This document shows, piece by piece, positions 31,441-44,145 of a stretch of DNA of 64,000 nt. Below the pieces are notes generated by a model. The model had not been told where the DNA came from. It saw nothing but the letters and a program-made list of their open reading frames with translations, and made no database searches. Origin of the DNA: the human T2T-CHM13v2.0 reference genome, Homo sapiens. The translations under genes were made by a program, and so were the position numbers. Positions within the stretch are counted from its first letter, which is position 1; every line of letters starts with the position of its first letter. Location: assembly GCF_009914755.1 (NCBI RefSeq), contig NC_060928.1. One strand, 5' to 3'.

Positions 31441-32297
31441 CTATCTTCAATAGAAAAACATAGGTAAGATGCTTGAGAGCCTCCGACTTCTATAGTAAGT
31501 TTTTGTTTCTCTTGCAGAGATTTCGATAAAAAAGATATTTGCTATTGTTCTAATGGCTTTTAAAAAATATTTTCAACAAAACATCAAAATGGACAAAATT
31601 AAAACATTTTCTCATTTACTCTTCCACACACACAGCCTCAGTTTCTTCTGTTGATGGGTCCTGACCTTACAATTGAGTTTGCTGCATTTATCACGACTGT
31701 GGAAGGTAAACAAAAGAGCCCAAGGACAGAAGTCCAAAGAAATGTTTGCAGAGCATCCAGCCATGCACTCAGAGCAGCCACGAGTTTCCATGCTTTGTCT
31801 ATATGAGCTTTTACCCCCACCTTGGCTGGCCAGGTATTAATTCTCAATAGAGACACACTTGTAATCAATACTAGTTTATACAGTACAAAAGAGGTTTCAT
31901 AATTGATTGCTTTATATCTGATTTCTATTATAATCTTGTTTTGTTGGAGAAATGCTTCGTGTTTGGTGTGATCGGAGCATCAAGTGTTTGGGGTCATGTT
32001 GAGCTCTTCGTGCGCCATGCTGAGGAATTTGGATTTTATTCTGAAAGGAATAAAGGGTGATGCTTTCAGGTGAATTTCAGAGAGGATTGAGAGATGGCAT
32101 AAGATTTGAACTTAGAAAAAGTCCCCTGGCAGCAGTGTGAAATATAGATTGCTGTGTTGGGAAGTGGTGAGAAAGACCACTTAGGAGGCTATTAGGATAA
32201 TGAGAGACTGAGATAAGGCACTAGGAAAGCAAAGGAGGGAATGATTTAGAGAGATAAGAACATACAATGATTCTACTCTGTGACAAGCTGGATGTAG

Positions 32298-32299
<2 letters not shown>

Positions 32300-32349
<50 letters not shown>
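32300..32349. repeat. (GT)25 microsatellite
   Basis: Perfect GT run. Confidence 0.99.
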
Positions 32350-32351
<2 letters not shown>

Positions 32352-32667
32352 CTGTGGGAGGTGGTGTCTAAATTAATTCCCATCTTTTTACCTGGGTCAG
32401 TAGGTAAAATATGAATGATAGGAGGAGGAGAAGCAGGAACAGGTGTTTTTGGAGGGGAGGAGTAGGAAGAGGATGTATTTTGAAGTTAAGGTATATACGG
32501 GATATATCTAAGCAAATATTTAATAGGTAGGCCTGAAAATGAGAGAATTACATTACAGATACAGGATTTTAGAGAAAAAAAATCTTACTTAAAATTATTA
32601 TTAAAATAAAACATCCACATAGTTAAAAGTATCAACTTGTTCATAATGGCTGATAAAGAGAAATCAT

Positions 32668-32930
32668 TTTGGATAAAGAAAATGTGGTACATATACACCA
32701 TGGAATACTACGTAGCCACAAAAAAGAATGAAATCATGTCCTTTGAAGCAACGTGGATGCAGCTGGAGGCTATTATCCTAAGTAAATTAATGCAGAAACA
32801 GAAAACCAAATACTGCATGTTCTCACTTATAAGTAGATGCTAAACATTGGGTACCCAAGGACAAAAAGATGTGAACAATAAACACTGGGACTCCTCTGAA
32901 AGGAGGGGCAAAGTTGGAAAACTACCTGTA
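32668..32930 (+). mobile_element. L1 (old L1PA/L1PB) ORF2 C-terminus and 3'UTR fragment
   Basis: WIKKMWYIYTMEYY..KTKYCMFSLI translation. Confidence 0.85.
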
Positions 32931-33751
32931 AATAACACTCACAGTATTTCAGCTGTTAAGAAAATATTGCTTTTGAGTCAAGTCATACACTGTGATTATA
33001 CTTCCTTCTCTAAGTTTACAAAGTCAATATTCAGTGTCATGCAAAAGAAAGTAAATCTAGTATCAAATTCAAAAGAGTTCTCTTTTTATCATTTACTCAT
33101 ATTCATGCCATGTTTTAGTTTCACTCAAATTTAAGCTGCCTTTTCAAAAATAGCTTTTTTTTTCTTTTAACATCTGGTGAGGGCAGATTTATCTTTCATT
33201 CTTTAATTACTTACATTATTTGCATTTATTATAGCCTTGAGTTTTTCCAAGCTCAGAAATTCTCTCAGTTGCTTTTCTTCAAGTAGTTCAATTTCTTCTT
33301 TTGTCATGATAGTTTACTTTCTTGTTTTGTTGGAGCATATCATCAGACAAACTCTTAAGAAAGGCTTTAGGGTGTGTAAAGTTTTGGAATTCTTATATGT
33401 TTGAAAATTTCTATATATCTTGTTTTTATGTTTTATTATCTGGCTAGGTAGAGTACACTAGGTTGAAATTGTTTTTTTCCTTTGGAACTTTGAAGGCATT
33501 CATTATGTTCTGACACCCATTATTGCTCACGAGATGTCTAATGCTACCAACTTAGATTCTTCTTTTCATTTTTGTTTTCATGAACATTTATAATCATGTA
33601 AGTCTGATGAAGCAGAAGGGAGGCAATATGACTATGTTTGGACACTTTTTAACTTATTCTTCTTGGAACTCAGTTGGTCCTTTTATTCCATGCTGCTTCA
33701 TCAGTAATCACTCAACATTTATTTCCTGTCTCCTATAGCTTTATTGAAATA

Positions 33752-34263
33752 TGTACATTGTCCTCCGTGCTGGATATTCTCCACTGGTCTTTTTAGATCC
33801 ACTCTCCACCCATTGTCATCCTGTTATGTGCCCTGGGAAAGCATACTGCAACTAGCTTCTTTGTCCTCTGGCTCCACTCCCAGTTGATTTTGGCCAATGG
33901 AAGATATCAGCAGGATATTGGGAAGTGGGAGGAAGGAAAAGTTGGGGCATGTCCTATAGAGACCTACCTGTTGAGGCATGAATAGGCAGTGGTTGAATTT
34001 TGCTATAGAGGTTGAATTTTGCTTAGCTCCTGCTAAGATTAACTAGTATTGCTATTCTTCCAAACTGATTTCTTTTTGTTTCTCCTTCAGGTATAGGGAT
34101 AGTAATTGTTTCCCTCTGTTGTTAGTCTCTGCCTGCCTCATAATTCCCTGATGCATTTTCCTTAGTCCTGACCACACTTTTGGTAATTATCAATGTATTA
34201 ATCTCTCTTCTTTACCCATTTATGGGGAGCTTGTAGTTGTCTATCTGTAACCTGACTGATACA
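33752..34263 (+). mobile_element. LTR33-like ERVL LTR
   Basis: TG..CA ends; AGATCCACTCTCCACCC..TGTGCCCTGGGA..TTGGCCAATGG motif. Confidence 0.6.
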
Positions 34264-34526
34264 ATCTTCCATGTCATTTCTTCTCGGTAGATAAATATGT
34301 ATACATTAGGAGAAGAGATCCATGCTTGTGCCTAATCTCCCCAGTATGACTGGTATGTGAGAATATAGGTAAATCTGAGTTAGAACATAGTAGAACCAGA
34401 ATATGGGTAATAGTAGAAGCTTGGATAAGGAGAGAGCTACCCATGATTACGTTTTGGAGTACAAGTTACATTTTCACCTATCTCGTCAGTGGCTATATTA
34501 GCAACTTACTGTTAAGAGTTTAATAA

Positions 34527-35460
34527 GATACACTTAAGATGGCCAAATAGGAAGAGCTCCAGTCTGCAGATCCCAACTAGATCAATGCAGAAGGCAGGTG
34601 ATTTCTGCATTTCCAACTGAGGTACCTGGCTCATCTCACTGGGACTGGTTAGACAGTGGGTGCAGCCTATGGAGGGTGAGCCAAAGCAGGGTGGGGCATC
34701 ACCTCATCTGGGAAGCACATGGGGTCAGGGAACTTCCTCTCCTAGCCAAGGGAACCCGTGAGGGACTGCCACGAGGAATGGTGCATTCCGGCCCAGATAC
34801 TATGCTATTCCCACGGTCTTCACAACCCACAGACCAGAGGATTCCCTTGGGTGCCTATGCCACCAGGGCCCTGGGTTTCGAGCAAAAACTGGGTGACCAT
34901 TTGGGCAGACACTGAGCTAGCTGCAGAATTTTTTTTTCATACCCCAGTGGTGCCTGGAACACCAGCGAGACAGAACCATTCACTCCCCTGGAAAGGGGGC
35001 TGAAGCCAGGGAGTCAAGTGGTCTAGTTCAGTGGATCCTACCCCTATGCAGCCCAGCAAGTTATAATCCACTGGCTTTAAATTCTCCCTGCTAGCACAGC
35101 AGTCGGGGGAGGAGCATCTGCCATTGCTGAGGCTTGAGTAGATGGTTTCCCCCTCACAGTGTACACAAAACCACTGGGAAGTTCAAACGGGGTGGAGCAC
35201 ACCACAGTTTGGCAAAGCTGCTGTAGCCAGACTGCCTCTCTAGATTCCTCCTCTCTGGGCAGGGCATCTCTGAAAGAAAGGCAGCAGCCCCAGTCAGGGG
35301 CTTATAGATAAAACCCCCATCTCCCTGGGACAGAGCACCTGGGGGAAGGGGCAGCTGTGGGCACAGCTTCAGCAGACTTAAGTTTTCCTGCCTGCCAGCT
35401 TTGAAGAGAGCAGCAGATCTCCCAGCACAGCTCTTGAGCTTTGCTAAGTGACAGACTGCC
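34527..35460 (+). mobile_element. L1PA7-like 5'UTR only (3'-truncated)
   Basis: Colinear with ~23375-24337 of the full-length L1; stops abruptly at GACAGACTGCC; no ORF, tail or right TSD seen. Confidence 0.92.
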
Positions 35461-35469
35461 TATTGATGT

Positions 35470-37400
35470 CAATCACCAAAGGAGTCCCCAGACAGCAAAG
35501 TCACCTCTCCTCTCCCACACTCTAATTCCCATTGAGCACAATATACCCGTATTTTGTTCTCTTTCATTACCCTTCTCCAATTCCTAAAATTCTTCCATGG
35601 TTCCTTCTAGAATTCCAGTTTCCTTAGAAGTAAAATCTCCTGTACCCTCAACATAGTTTCCAAATATTCCATTTACCTTGTTATTCTAAAAGAAACCTGA
35701 CTCTCTCCTGGGGTTTCTGCCTCCCTGACAGCTGTCACAAGTGATGGCTGTTTTATCTTCCATAGCTTTCTCACTTGAGCTTGAGGGCAGAGGTCTCCTC
35801 CTTACACCTTATTGCTGCTTCCAGATGATTCTCCCTCCCTATAGCCTCCTAATGTTGACTCTTGTGTCATCAGATTTTATCCTTCATTACCCATTATTGT
35901 TGCCACCCTGTACTGAGTCTCCAGTCTTTTTCTCTTATTTTTCTACAGTTTAATTCTTGGATCATTCTTCTCTCTAACACATTTGTGATTCTTGCTCACT
36001 TTAATATGCACACAAGGAATCCTTTTAACACCCTGACCTTTAGTTGATTGAACTTGTCTTCAATGAACTTGTCTCTAGCCTGGTGCAGCCCCTCACTCAC
36101 ATGTTGTCATATCTGAGACCCTGTGATTACCAATAAATCCAAACCCCTCATAATCCCAACTTTTCATACCCCACTCTAACCAGCACCTCCTCCCAGCTCA
36201 CATCTAGCCATCCTTCGATAACCTTCCCCATCCACCCCACTGAGAGGGGATCTACCACCTTTAAACTCTCCTTCTCCTTTAGACATATCATTATTCTTCT
36301 TACTCAGCTTAATTTCATGTCCGATAATAATAATCTCTATTCACATTTACTCTTAACTTCCTTTCTCCACCTCTTTCTTCACTGTACCGCTGCATGAAAC
36401 TGCAGCTGTGTGAAACCTTTCCTTCTCAGAGCCTACAACTATCCAGCTGAAACTTGCTGGAGGAGAACTTGTAATTATACTGACTGGTCTCATTTTATGT
36501 TCATGATAAAAACCTTAAGTAGGCCCTTAATGCTGCCAGGCAATTATACTGGCCCAATCAATCTCCTATTCTCCTAGACAACACTTCACATTTTCTCCTT
36601 TCCCTCACACTCCTAACCACTTCTCCTCTGTCATCCCTCTCAACCTCTTCACCATGAAAATTAAAGCAATTAAAAAAAAGAAGCTCCATGGAATTCCCAC
36701 CACCATATCTACCAGTATCCCACTTGGCAGGAAGTATAAATGTTTGGATACTGATAGATATGGTGATATAGTGATATATGGTGATATAGTGATATATGGT
36801 GATATAGCAGAGTATTGCTACAGATTAGCTATCCATGCTCTCACTTTAGGTAGAGCATTCTCTTGTCCACTTAATCCTCTTCTCTCTTGCTATACAGACA
36901 TTGATTTGGCAATTATTCTGCCTGCTAGCTCATTCCCATCAAAATGCAAACATGCTGTTGTTTCTCCCATCTAAAATAAAATATTCTCTTGGCCTCATTC
37001 TCTCACCAGTTACCAAACTTTTTCTTTAATCTCCTTTGCTGGAAAACTCCTCAGAAGAGTTGTCTATGTTGGCTGTTTTCTATTTCTCTTCTCTCATTTT
37101 CTCCTATACACACTTCTAACAGGATATCTCTGCAAGCACTCCAAAGATTTGATTCCTGTCACAGTAAAAAATAATTTCCATATTACTAAATCCAGTGGCC
37201 AATTTCCAGAACTTATCTTGTGTTTATCTCTCAGAACATTTGACACAGTTGATCACACTAGTTTCCTTTATTAAACTTCTGCTAGCTTTGCATCGCAACA
37301 CACTCTTTTGGTTTTCCCCATATGTCACTGGTAGCACCTTTTCAGTGCCCTCTCCTCTTCTCTCCAAACTGGTCATTTGGGGTGATCTAGGACTGAGCAC
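35470..37400 (+). mobile_element. L2 internal (ORF2-derived) fragment, highly diverged
   Basis: Pyrimidine-rich L2 motifs: AGAAACCTGACTCTCTCCTG, ACTGACTGGTCTCATTTT, AAATCCAGTGGCCAATTTC, CATTTGACACAGTTGATCAC. Confidence 0.6.
36758..36807. repeat. 18-bp minisatellite (ATATGGTGATATAGTGAT) x ~2.7
   Basis: Direct tandem copies visible. Confidence 0.9.
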
Positions 37401-37829
37401 TTTTCATTCTTTGATGTTCTTATTTTTTCTATTTATGCTCACTTATTATGAGATGGGTATTAACATATCCTTCTTTACAGATGATGAAAACAAGGCAGAT
37501 ATTAAATATCTTGTCAAAGATTATACAGCCAGCAAGTAGTAAAGCTGAAATTTGAACCTAGATAATTTGATGCCACTGTCTTTACTTTTAACCACTACTC
37601 TCTCTTCTCAAATTTAGTATTGAATTATATTAATTTGCATTATAATTAATACATTTTATTGTATTAGTACACAATCCCATGAGTCACTGTCTTTAACGTC
37701 TTTATTTTACTGATAAGGAATCGGAGAGAAGTTACTTACAAATGGTCACGTGGATGGCTAGTGTTGGAGCTAGGATTTGGAACCCAAAAAGATTGGACTC
37801 CAGAGTTGATTTTACTTTTTTAGTTTTAG

Positions 37830-38150
37830 TTTATTTTTAATTGACATGGACTAATTGTATGTATTTTTGGGGACAGTGAGATGTTTTGATACATGTATAC
37901 ATTGTGTAATCATCAAATCAGGGTATTTGGCACATCCATCACCTAAAACATTTATTATTTCTTTGTGGTGAAAACAATCTAAATCCTCTCTTCTGGCTAT
38001 TTTGAAATATACAATATGATATTGTTATCTATAGTCATCCTCCTGTGTAATAGAACACCAAGACTTTTTCCTCCTATTTAACTTTGTACTAGTTCACCAA
38101 TCCTTCCCCAGCCCCCTCCCTTTCCCAGCCTTTGGTAACCACTCTTCTAC
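37830..38150 (-). mobile_element. L1MA 3' end inserted in a MIR
   Basis: GATACATGTATACATTGTGTAATCATCAAATCAGGGTA..GCTATTTTGAAATATACAAT; flanks CTCCAGAGTT / CTCAGAGCT. Confidence 0.8.
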
Positions 38151-38269
38151 TCAGAGCTCATATTCTTAACCTTTAGGGTAGATTGCCTGCTATGGACCTC
38201 TGAAGTTCCCTCCTTTCTCCCTCTCCATTCCTCCTCCCTTTCTGCCCTCCTTCCCTATTCCCTCCCTTT

Positions 38270-38930
38270 CTCTTTTATTCAACACATATTTATTGCATGT
38301 CTGCTTTGAATCATGTACTTCTCTGTGTGCTGAAGATACCTGCAATGATGAACAAAACAGACCAAGTCCCTACCCTCATGGAGTCTATATTTTAGTAAAT
38401 TTCCAAACAAGTAAACAAATGAACAATAATATAACACCAACAGTTGATAGATGCTATAGAGATAAATCAGGGTAAGGTAATAGCCAAGAGCCAAGGAGGC
38501 TTTGAATACAGGGTGGTCAGGGAAAGCCTCTACGCTAAGTTGAGATTTGAGTATAAACCTGAATGAAGGCACATAATAAGCCTGTGACTATCAGAGAGAG
38601 TATCCTAGTTGAGGTTAAGCTAACTGCAGAGACCTGAGGCATAAGTGTGCTTGGGGCATATGAGGAGCGCAACCTTGCTGCTAGGGTGGCCGGGCAAGGA
38701 GAAGGCTGTGGAAGTATGATTGTAGAGGTAGCTAGTGGCCACATCCCGTAAGTCTTTATGAGTCATGCAATAGGCTTTGGATTTTATTCCTATGTTTATG
38801 AGAAGCCAGTGCAGGGTTTTAAGCAAAGGAGTGAAATGATCTGATTCACATTTTCAAAAGGCCCCTGGCAGCTTCATAGAGAAAACCATGAAATGGGGAG
38901 GAGAGGGAGGGAGAAACAGGGAGACTTAGA
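38270..38930 (-). mobile_element. L2 3' fragment
   Basis: ATTCAACACATATTTATTG..ATGAACAAAACAGACCAAGTCCCTACCCTCATGGAG..GGGTTTTAAGCAAAGGAGTGA. Confidence 0.8.
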
Positions 38931-40164
38931 CTCAGCAGTTGTCCATGTGCCTGTTTATCATCCTACCCAAAGATCACATTTGAGAGTCCAAAGGGATTAT
39001 GGAAATATTTAGGAGAGGATTCCAGCAGGGTGAAGTTTAATGGCTGCTACCACTTTTTCCCCATAATAAATGTAAATATTCACCATCAGTAAAACTTTTG
39101 TTGGTGGAAATTTCTCTTGAAATTACAGAAAATGGAGAGGGCCCAGCACTGTGGAGCAGAACAAGGACAAGAGTGTACAAAAATTGAGTGAGAGACTCAG
39201 GAATGCAACAGGAAAGTTAGAAAGAGGGAGTAATGATGGTGAAAAGGGTTAGCACACTGGGGTCTTGTGAGGAGCACAATTTTGTTATCTGTATCTGGTT
39301 TTCTGCCTATTATGCTAAGCCTTGGTACTGTCAGATGCTGAATACACATGGGGTAGATGGTATAAGATGGCAGCCTCAGTTCCGTGTTTATTACTCATTC
39401 TTCTTCAGCATGGCAAGAATAAATGATGGAAATCAGTGTTCTCATCCTTGATTCCCCTCTATCAAGCTTCCCTGTGTTCAGTTTTCTATGAAGACACAAA
39501 GAACTCAGATTTTTTTTTGCGATAATGAAAAGAACCCACAGCCCCTTTTGTTATCCAAAGTTTTGAGAATGATATTTCAATGCATATTTCATCTTGACAC
39601 TCTTCTGCCCTGTGGCTGCACTTCCTAGGAAGAGACTGTGGCTCTAGTAAGGATTAATCAGTGACCGACTTCACCCCGTAATTGGAAGTAGAGCAGAAGT
39701 CCGAGAATGACAATACAGCTTCAAAGCCCTTTGTTTGTGCAAAGTGTCTCATCATGATTTGAAAAATCTGCTTGTTTTCATATAAACCTCTGAGGTAGGT
39801 TATTGTCACTGCTATTCTAATGATGGGGCTGTGGAGCTTGGATAATTCATACAAGGTTATATCAGAAGTTATGAGCTTAGAATGAAAACTCAAAGTCCTT
39901 GTTTCACCAGATTATTGCCCTTCAAGTCACATAATTATGGTGACAAATGGGATAACCAGGGATAATGTGTTAAGAAGTGAGATAGGCATATAAGTTTGTT
40001 ATTGTAAAAAGTTGGAAGACAAAAGGGGTCATTATTCATGCAAAAAACGTAGTCTGTGCCATGCTTTTAAGCCACTAAGGACAATTACAATAAAGTGATA
40101 CATTTGCTTGTTTTTGTTGTTATTTGTGCTGTGTCTATTACCTGAATACTTTCTTTGCTTTTAG

Positions 40165-40298
40165 GTTTATCAAGTGATTCCATGTTGGTGCCTGTCAATG
40201 GTAGAAACCAGCAAAGTACAGCTTGATGTTCCCCTGAGCAGCATGATGCTTCTGTATTTCATACTCAGAAGGCAAATGATGAATAGATAGTTAATCAG
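40165..40298 (+). other. Candidate non-coding internal exon (134 nt)
   Basis: Acceptor TACTTTCTTTGCTTTTAG|G and donor CAG|GTAAAA in apparently unique sequence; stops in all three frames. Confidence 0.3.
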
Positions 40299-41524
40299 GT
40301 AAAATAGGATCAAAATGCAGTAGAGGTTTTAACAATCTCATTCTGCCTTTCCTTTTTAGAATCTTATGAGATATAGTGCTCCATTGAGAGAGAAGGACAT
40401 GGGGGGTGAGAGCAAGAGAGAGTAGTCTATTATCTTACTCGATTTCCTGATGCAGTGGTTAACAAAAGGGGGCCTTTTTATATTAGATATGTGAATCACA
40501 GATGAAGCCTAAGGTGGTGTCAGAAGGAAGGTTTGGGCTTTGTGAAACAGAGAAGGAAGTTATTTTACGTGGATCTGCGGCAGAAGATTTAAAAGGAGGA
40601 TCCTCATTGTTCCTTTCCAATTGCCATTCTATCCAGGAGGGATGGAAGTGAACAAAGGCAAGCAGAGTAATGATAGCCTTATTACAACACAGACTGAAGA
40701 GACAGCTTCTGAAGGCAGACAGTAACACAGCTTATGGAGAGACATGGGCAGGACTAACCATAGTAGAGTAACAGTCCTTTGAATGCCACTTGTGGGAGAA
40801 TTGGGAAATATTTCTCACATCTGTGTGTCAAGAGTAAGAACAATTGTAAGAATGATTGCATAGGCAATATGAAAAAAGGCTGAGGAATCCTGTGTCAAGT
40901 CAAGAAGGTGTAAGGAAAATTTTCTAGCTGGCTCCCCTCTCCTTCAGGAGAAAATAATCTATGAGACTATTTAAGTAGAGGAGCTCACTTTTTCTGATTT
41001 TTTTTTCTGCACATCTGGATAATTAGTCACTATATTTTTGGGGAGGGAGAGAAAACCAACTGGGCTAGGACTCCTCCTTTGTTTCCCATGGTACCTTGTA
41101 TCACCCACATGATTGTGCTTATAACATTGTAATGGTCTATGTTCTCATCTATACCCCCACAGGTACAGGCTCTATGAGGCAGGGATCTTGTCTGGCTTGT
41201 CAGTGTAGCATCTCCAGCGCCTGGTGCAGTGTGCTTCATACTTAGTACACTAAATGGGGTTACTTGTCCAAAGGAATGAATAGTGGATCAAGGAAAGGGA
41301 GTGTATAGATAGGAGGAAAAGTCAGATAAAGTCAATTTCTGGTTCCTAAATCTAATCTTCTTTGTACTTTTTAAAGAAGCTTGTAGTATATAATTTAGCA
41401 TGTGAGCTCTGGGCCCAGAATGCTTTGGTTCCAAATCCAGTTCTGCCATCTCCAGGCTGTGTCATCACAGGAGTTCCTTAACTTTATCTGTGAGTGGGGA
41501 CAATGATGCCCACTTATATTAGGG

Positions 41525-42015
41525 ACTGAGTTTGGCTGTATGTATAGAAAACCCAAATAAGAGTAGTTCAAATAGGATAAGCATTTATCTTTTAATTCCT
41601 AATGAGAAGTCAGTTGGAAGAGAGGTAGTCCAGGGCTATGACGCCATGACCCAGGCTCTCTTCACCCCTTTGTTCAGCCATCCCCGGAGGCTTTCTTTCC
41701 TTATGGTCACCTGGTGGCTGCTGGGGCTCCAGCTATCACATTCACTCTGCAGGCAGGAAGAAAGAGAAGAGCAAAAGCAAACTCCACTTCCTAGTAGAAT
41801 TTGCTTCCTTTCAAGGAGATTTCTCAGGAATCTCCACCAAAAACTCCCATTGATCTCTCATCGTCCAAAACTGTATCACATGAATCCCCCATCTGAATAA
41901 GAGTCTGGGAAATGCATTTTCTTTCTTTTAGCTGGACATATTGCTAACCCCACGATTAAAAAAAAGATTATGTTGGTAAGGAAGAAGTGAAAGATGAAAA
42001 TTGGTTAGGCAACTA
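41525..42015 (-). mobile_element. MLT1 (J/K-type) LTR
   Basis: GCTGCTGGGGCTCCAGCTATCACATTCAC..CAGGCAGGAAGAAAGAG..GTCTGGGAAATG..TTGGTTAGGCAACTAACA. Confidence 0.6.
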
Positions 42016-43229
42016 ACAATATTGGAGAAGGTGAAGACACACAGTGGTTACTCAGCAAATGTGACTGTCTCACATTTAAATTAGACTTGTGATTTTCATT
42101 GAGAATGTATATAAGTATACAGAAATGGTGGCCATATACACTTGAACATTGGGCTTAAGCATGTCCCTTTTGGGGAGTGTCACAGCTCATGGGTAAGGAT
42201 TAATGCTGACATGGAATTTATTGTAGACCTGGATCTTTATGTATATTCATTTAACCCTTAACCACAATTCTGAATAATAGGTATGGCTGTTATTTTCACT
42301 TTGCAGATGAAGAAATTGGTTCGGTAGGGTGCTTGAGTGCTACAACTATCACTTGGTAGAGGTAGATAAGATCTGAATTCAGACAGTCTGCCTTCAGAGT
42401 CTAAACTCTCAATCCAATATGAGTGAGAGAACATTTTCCAATAAAAGTGAATTAAGAAAAATAACTTCTAAAGATTTTCCAGTTCCCTGGATGGAGTATG
42501 TTAACTATAGAATCTTACAGATTCATTTAAACTTGTTGTGTCTCTGTGATACCATGTTCAAAATAAGAAGAATAAATAGCAGATGGTGATATTTGTTGGA
42601 ATATAAACCCAATAAGGGAAAGAACTGCCATTTTTTCTGGCTGCAAGAAGTGCCTAATTTAGTGTTTCAAATATTGTGAGAGTACTTGGCAAATCACATT
42701 TGTTAGTAAAGCCTACAGTTTGACATTCCCAGCTACCAAGTCTCACCATATAAATATGCTGCAATTTAAGGGCTTCCTATACAGATGGAACTAAAATTCT
42801 CATCTTTAGTCAAAATGAGACTATGCTATTTATAAAAGTATTTAAAGCCAAATGATCACCAACCAAGCAGCTTGAAATTATCCAAGATGAAGCAATATAA
42901 TCAGACTGTATGCATATATGCATACACACATAGACATACATATATGCATGTTATATGTGTATATTATAAGGATTCATGCTTACAGAAGAAAAAAAGCCTG
43001 ATCATTCTTAGAACATCTGTTGGGAGATGTGAACATTATCCAAGCATCGTTCTAGGAAGACACAGATGGTAGATACTGACTGATTATGAAGAAGTGCATG
43101 TTATCTCCGTAAGGTCAGGCAAAACAAGCTTTGAGCCATTTTAGTGTTAGGATGAAGGCAATTCAAATGCAAATATGAGAGGGGAAGAGGAGGTAGCAAA
43201 TCACTGCAGCTGGACTAGCCAGTGACCAA

Positions 43230-43790
43230 ATAACGATCAGTATTAACCCTGATTGGAAAGGCAGGAGAGGATGGAGGCACTTGTCTTGTTTTAGCTTTAT
43301 CTTGCCAACCTGCGACGGATTAGCGGCGAGGTGGGTGGTATCTATAACTGCTTCTGATTGGCTGCCTTCCCGTCCCATGGAAGGAGAAGAAGGGAGAATC
43401 AGCAGGTGGGTTTATAGTTCCATAAGCTCGAGACTGGATGATATTTCTGCTATAATTAACCCCATGGGGGCTGCTTTTTCTTTTTCTCCCCTTCGTTGTG
43501 TTTTGTTAGTTTATGGCAAAACCGTTGACCTTTCACACTGCCCTCAAAGGAGCCCTTCTGCCAAGGTTCGTGGCTACATCTTTCAACCACACACACTCAG
43601 GAATCAGTAAGTATTTTCATGCCTAGCTTGCATCTTTTCCCATGAGCCTCGTTGCTGTAGTAGTTGCTTTTTTTTTTATGTTTGGACAAACTGTCATAAA
43701 AGTGGCCATGTGGGACGCATGAAGGCCGCCTATCCTGCTCCAGCCCTCTGTGGCACGTGTCGGCTGGTCCATCACCTGCAATCGTTTTAT
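43230..43790 (+). promoter_or_regulatory. Candidate promoter / alternative first exon
   Basis: About 15 CpGs in ~480 bp against a depleted background; reverse CCAAT (GATTGG) at ~43251 and ~43356; CTATAA at ~43342 and ~43450; E-boxes CAGGTG, CACGTG, CACCTG; donor TCA|GTAAGT at 43606/43607. Confidence 0.5.
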
Positions 43791-44134
43791 GAGTAGTCAG
43801 GGGCTTATTTGCTGCTCTTGGGGTGGGGACAACCCCATAAGAAAAAAAAAAAACTCCATAAAGAATATCACCTCTTGTAACCTATTACTAATGTTGTTAT
43901 TGTTGAAATTATTAGAGCAACAATCTTAGCTGCACAAAATCAGGGAAGAATAGAAACTTAGCTGCCTTTGATTTTGGTACAGGAGAAAAGTTTTTCATCT
44001 TGTTATCTTGTAATTGCTTTGTAGTTTTTGAAAATGAGTGCAATTTCCATGTAAATGTATATTTCCCTAAGGCTAGCAGAGATGAATGAGTAAAAAGAGG
44101 ACAGTGATGCCTATTTATTTCTTTCTTTTAACAG

Positions 44135-44145
44135 GAGTTTACTTG
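44135..44145 (+). other. Candidate 11-nt microexon GAGTTTACTTG
   Basis: TATTTATTTCTTTCTTTTAACAG|GAGTTTACTTG|GTATGT: strong acceptor and donor only 11 nt apart. Confidence 0.35.

Noticed and set aside
33990-34025. 19-bp direct repeat GGTTGAATTTTGCT
   Set aside because: Simple slippage duplication within an old LTR; similar trivial duplications occur at 13224 and 20559
34520-34545. Shared AAGATACA..CTT upstream of both L1 5' ends as proof of a segmental duplication
   Set aside because: Similarity does not extend into the flanks and the two UTRs differ at many positions; CACTT is probably part of the L1 5' end
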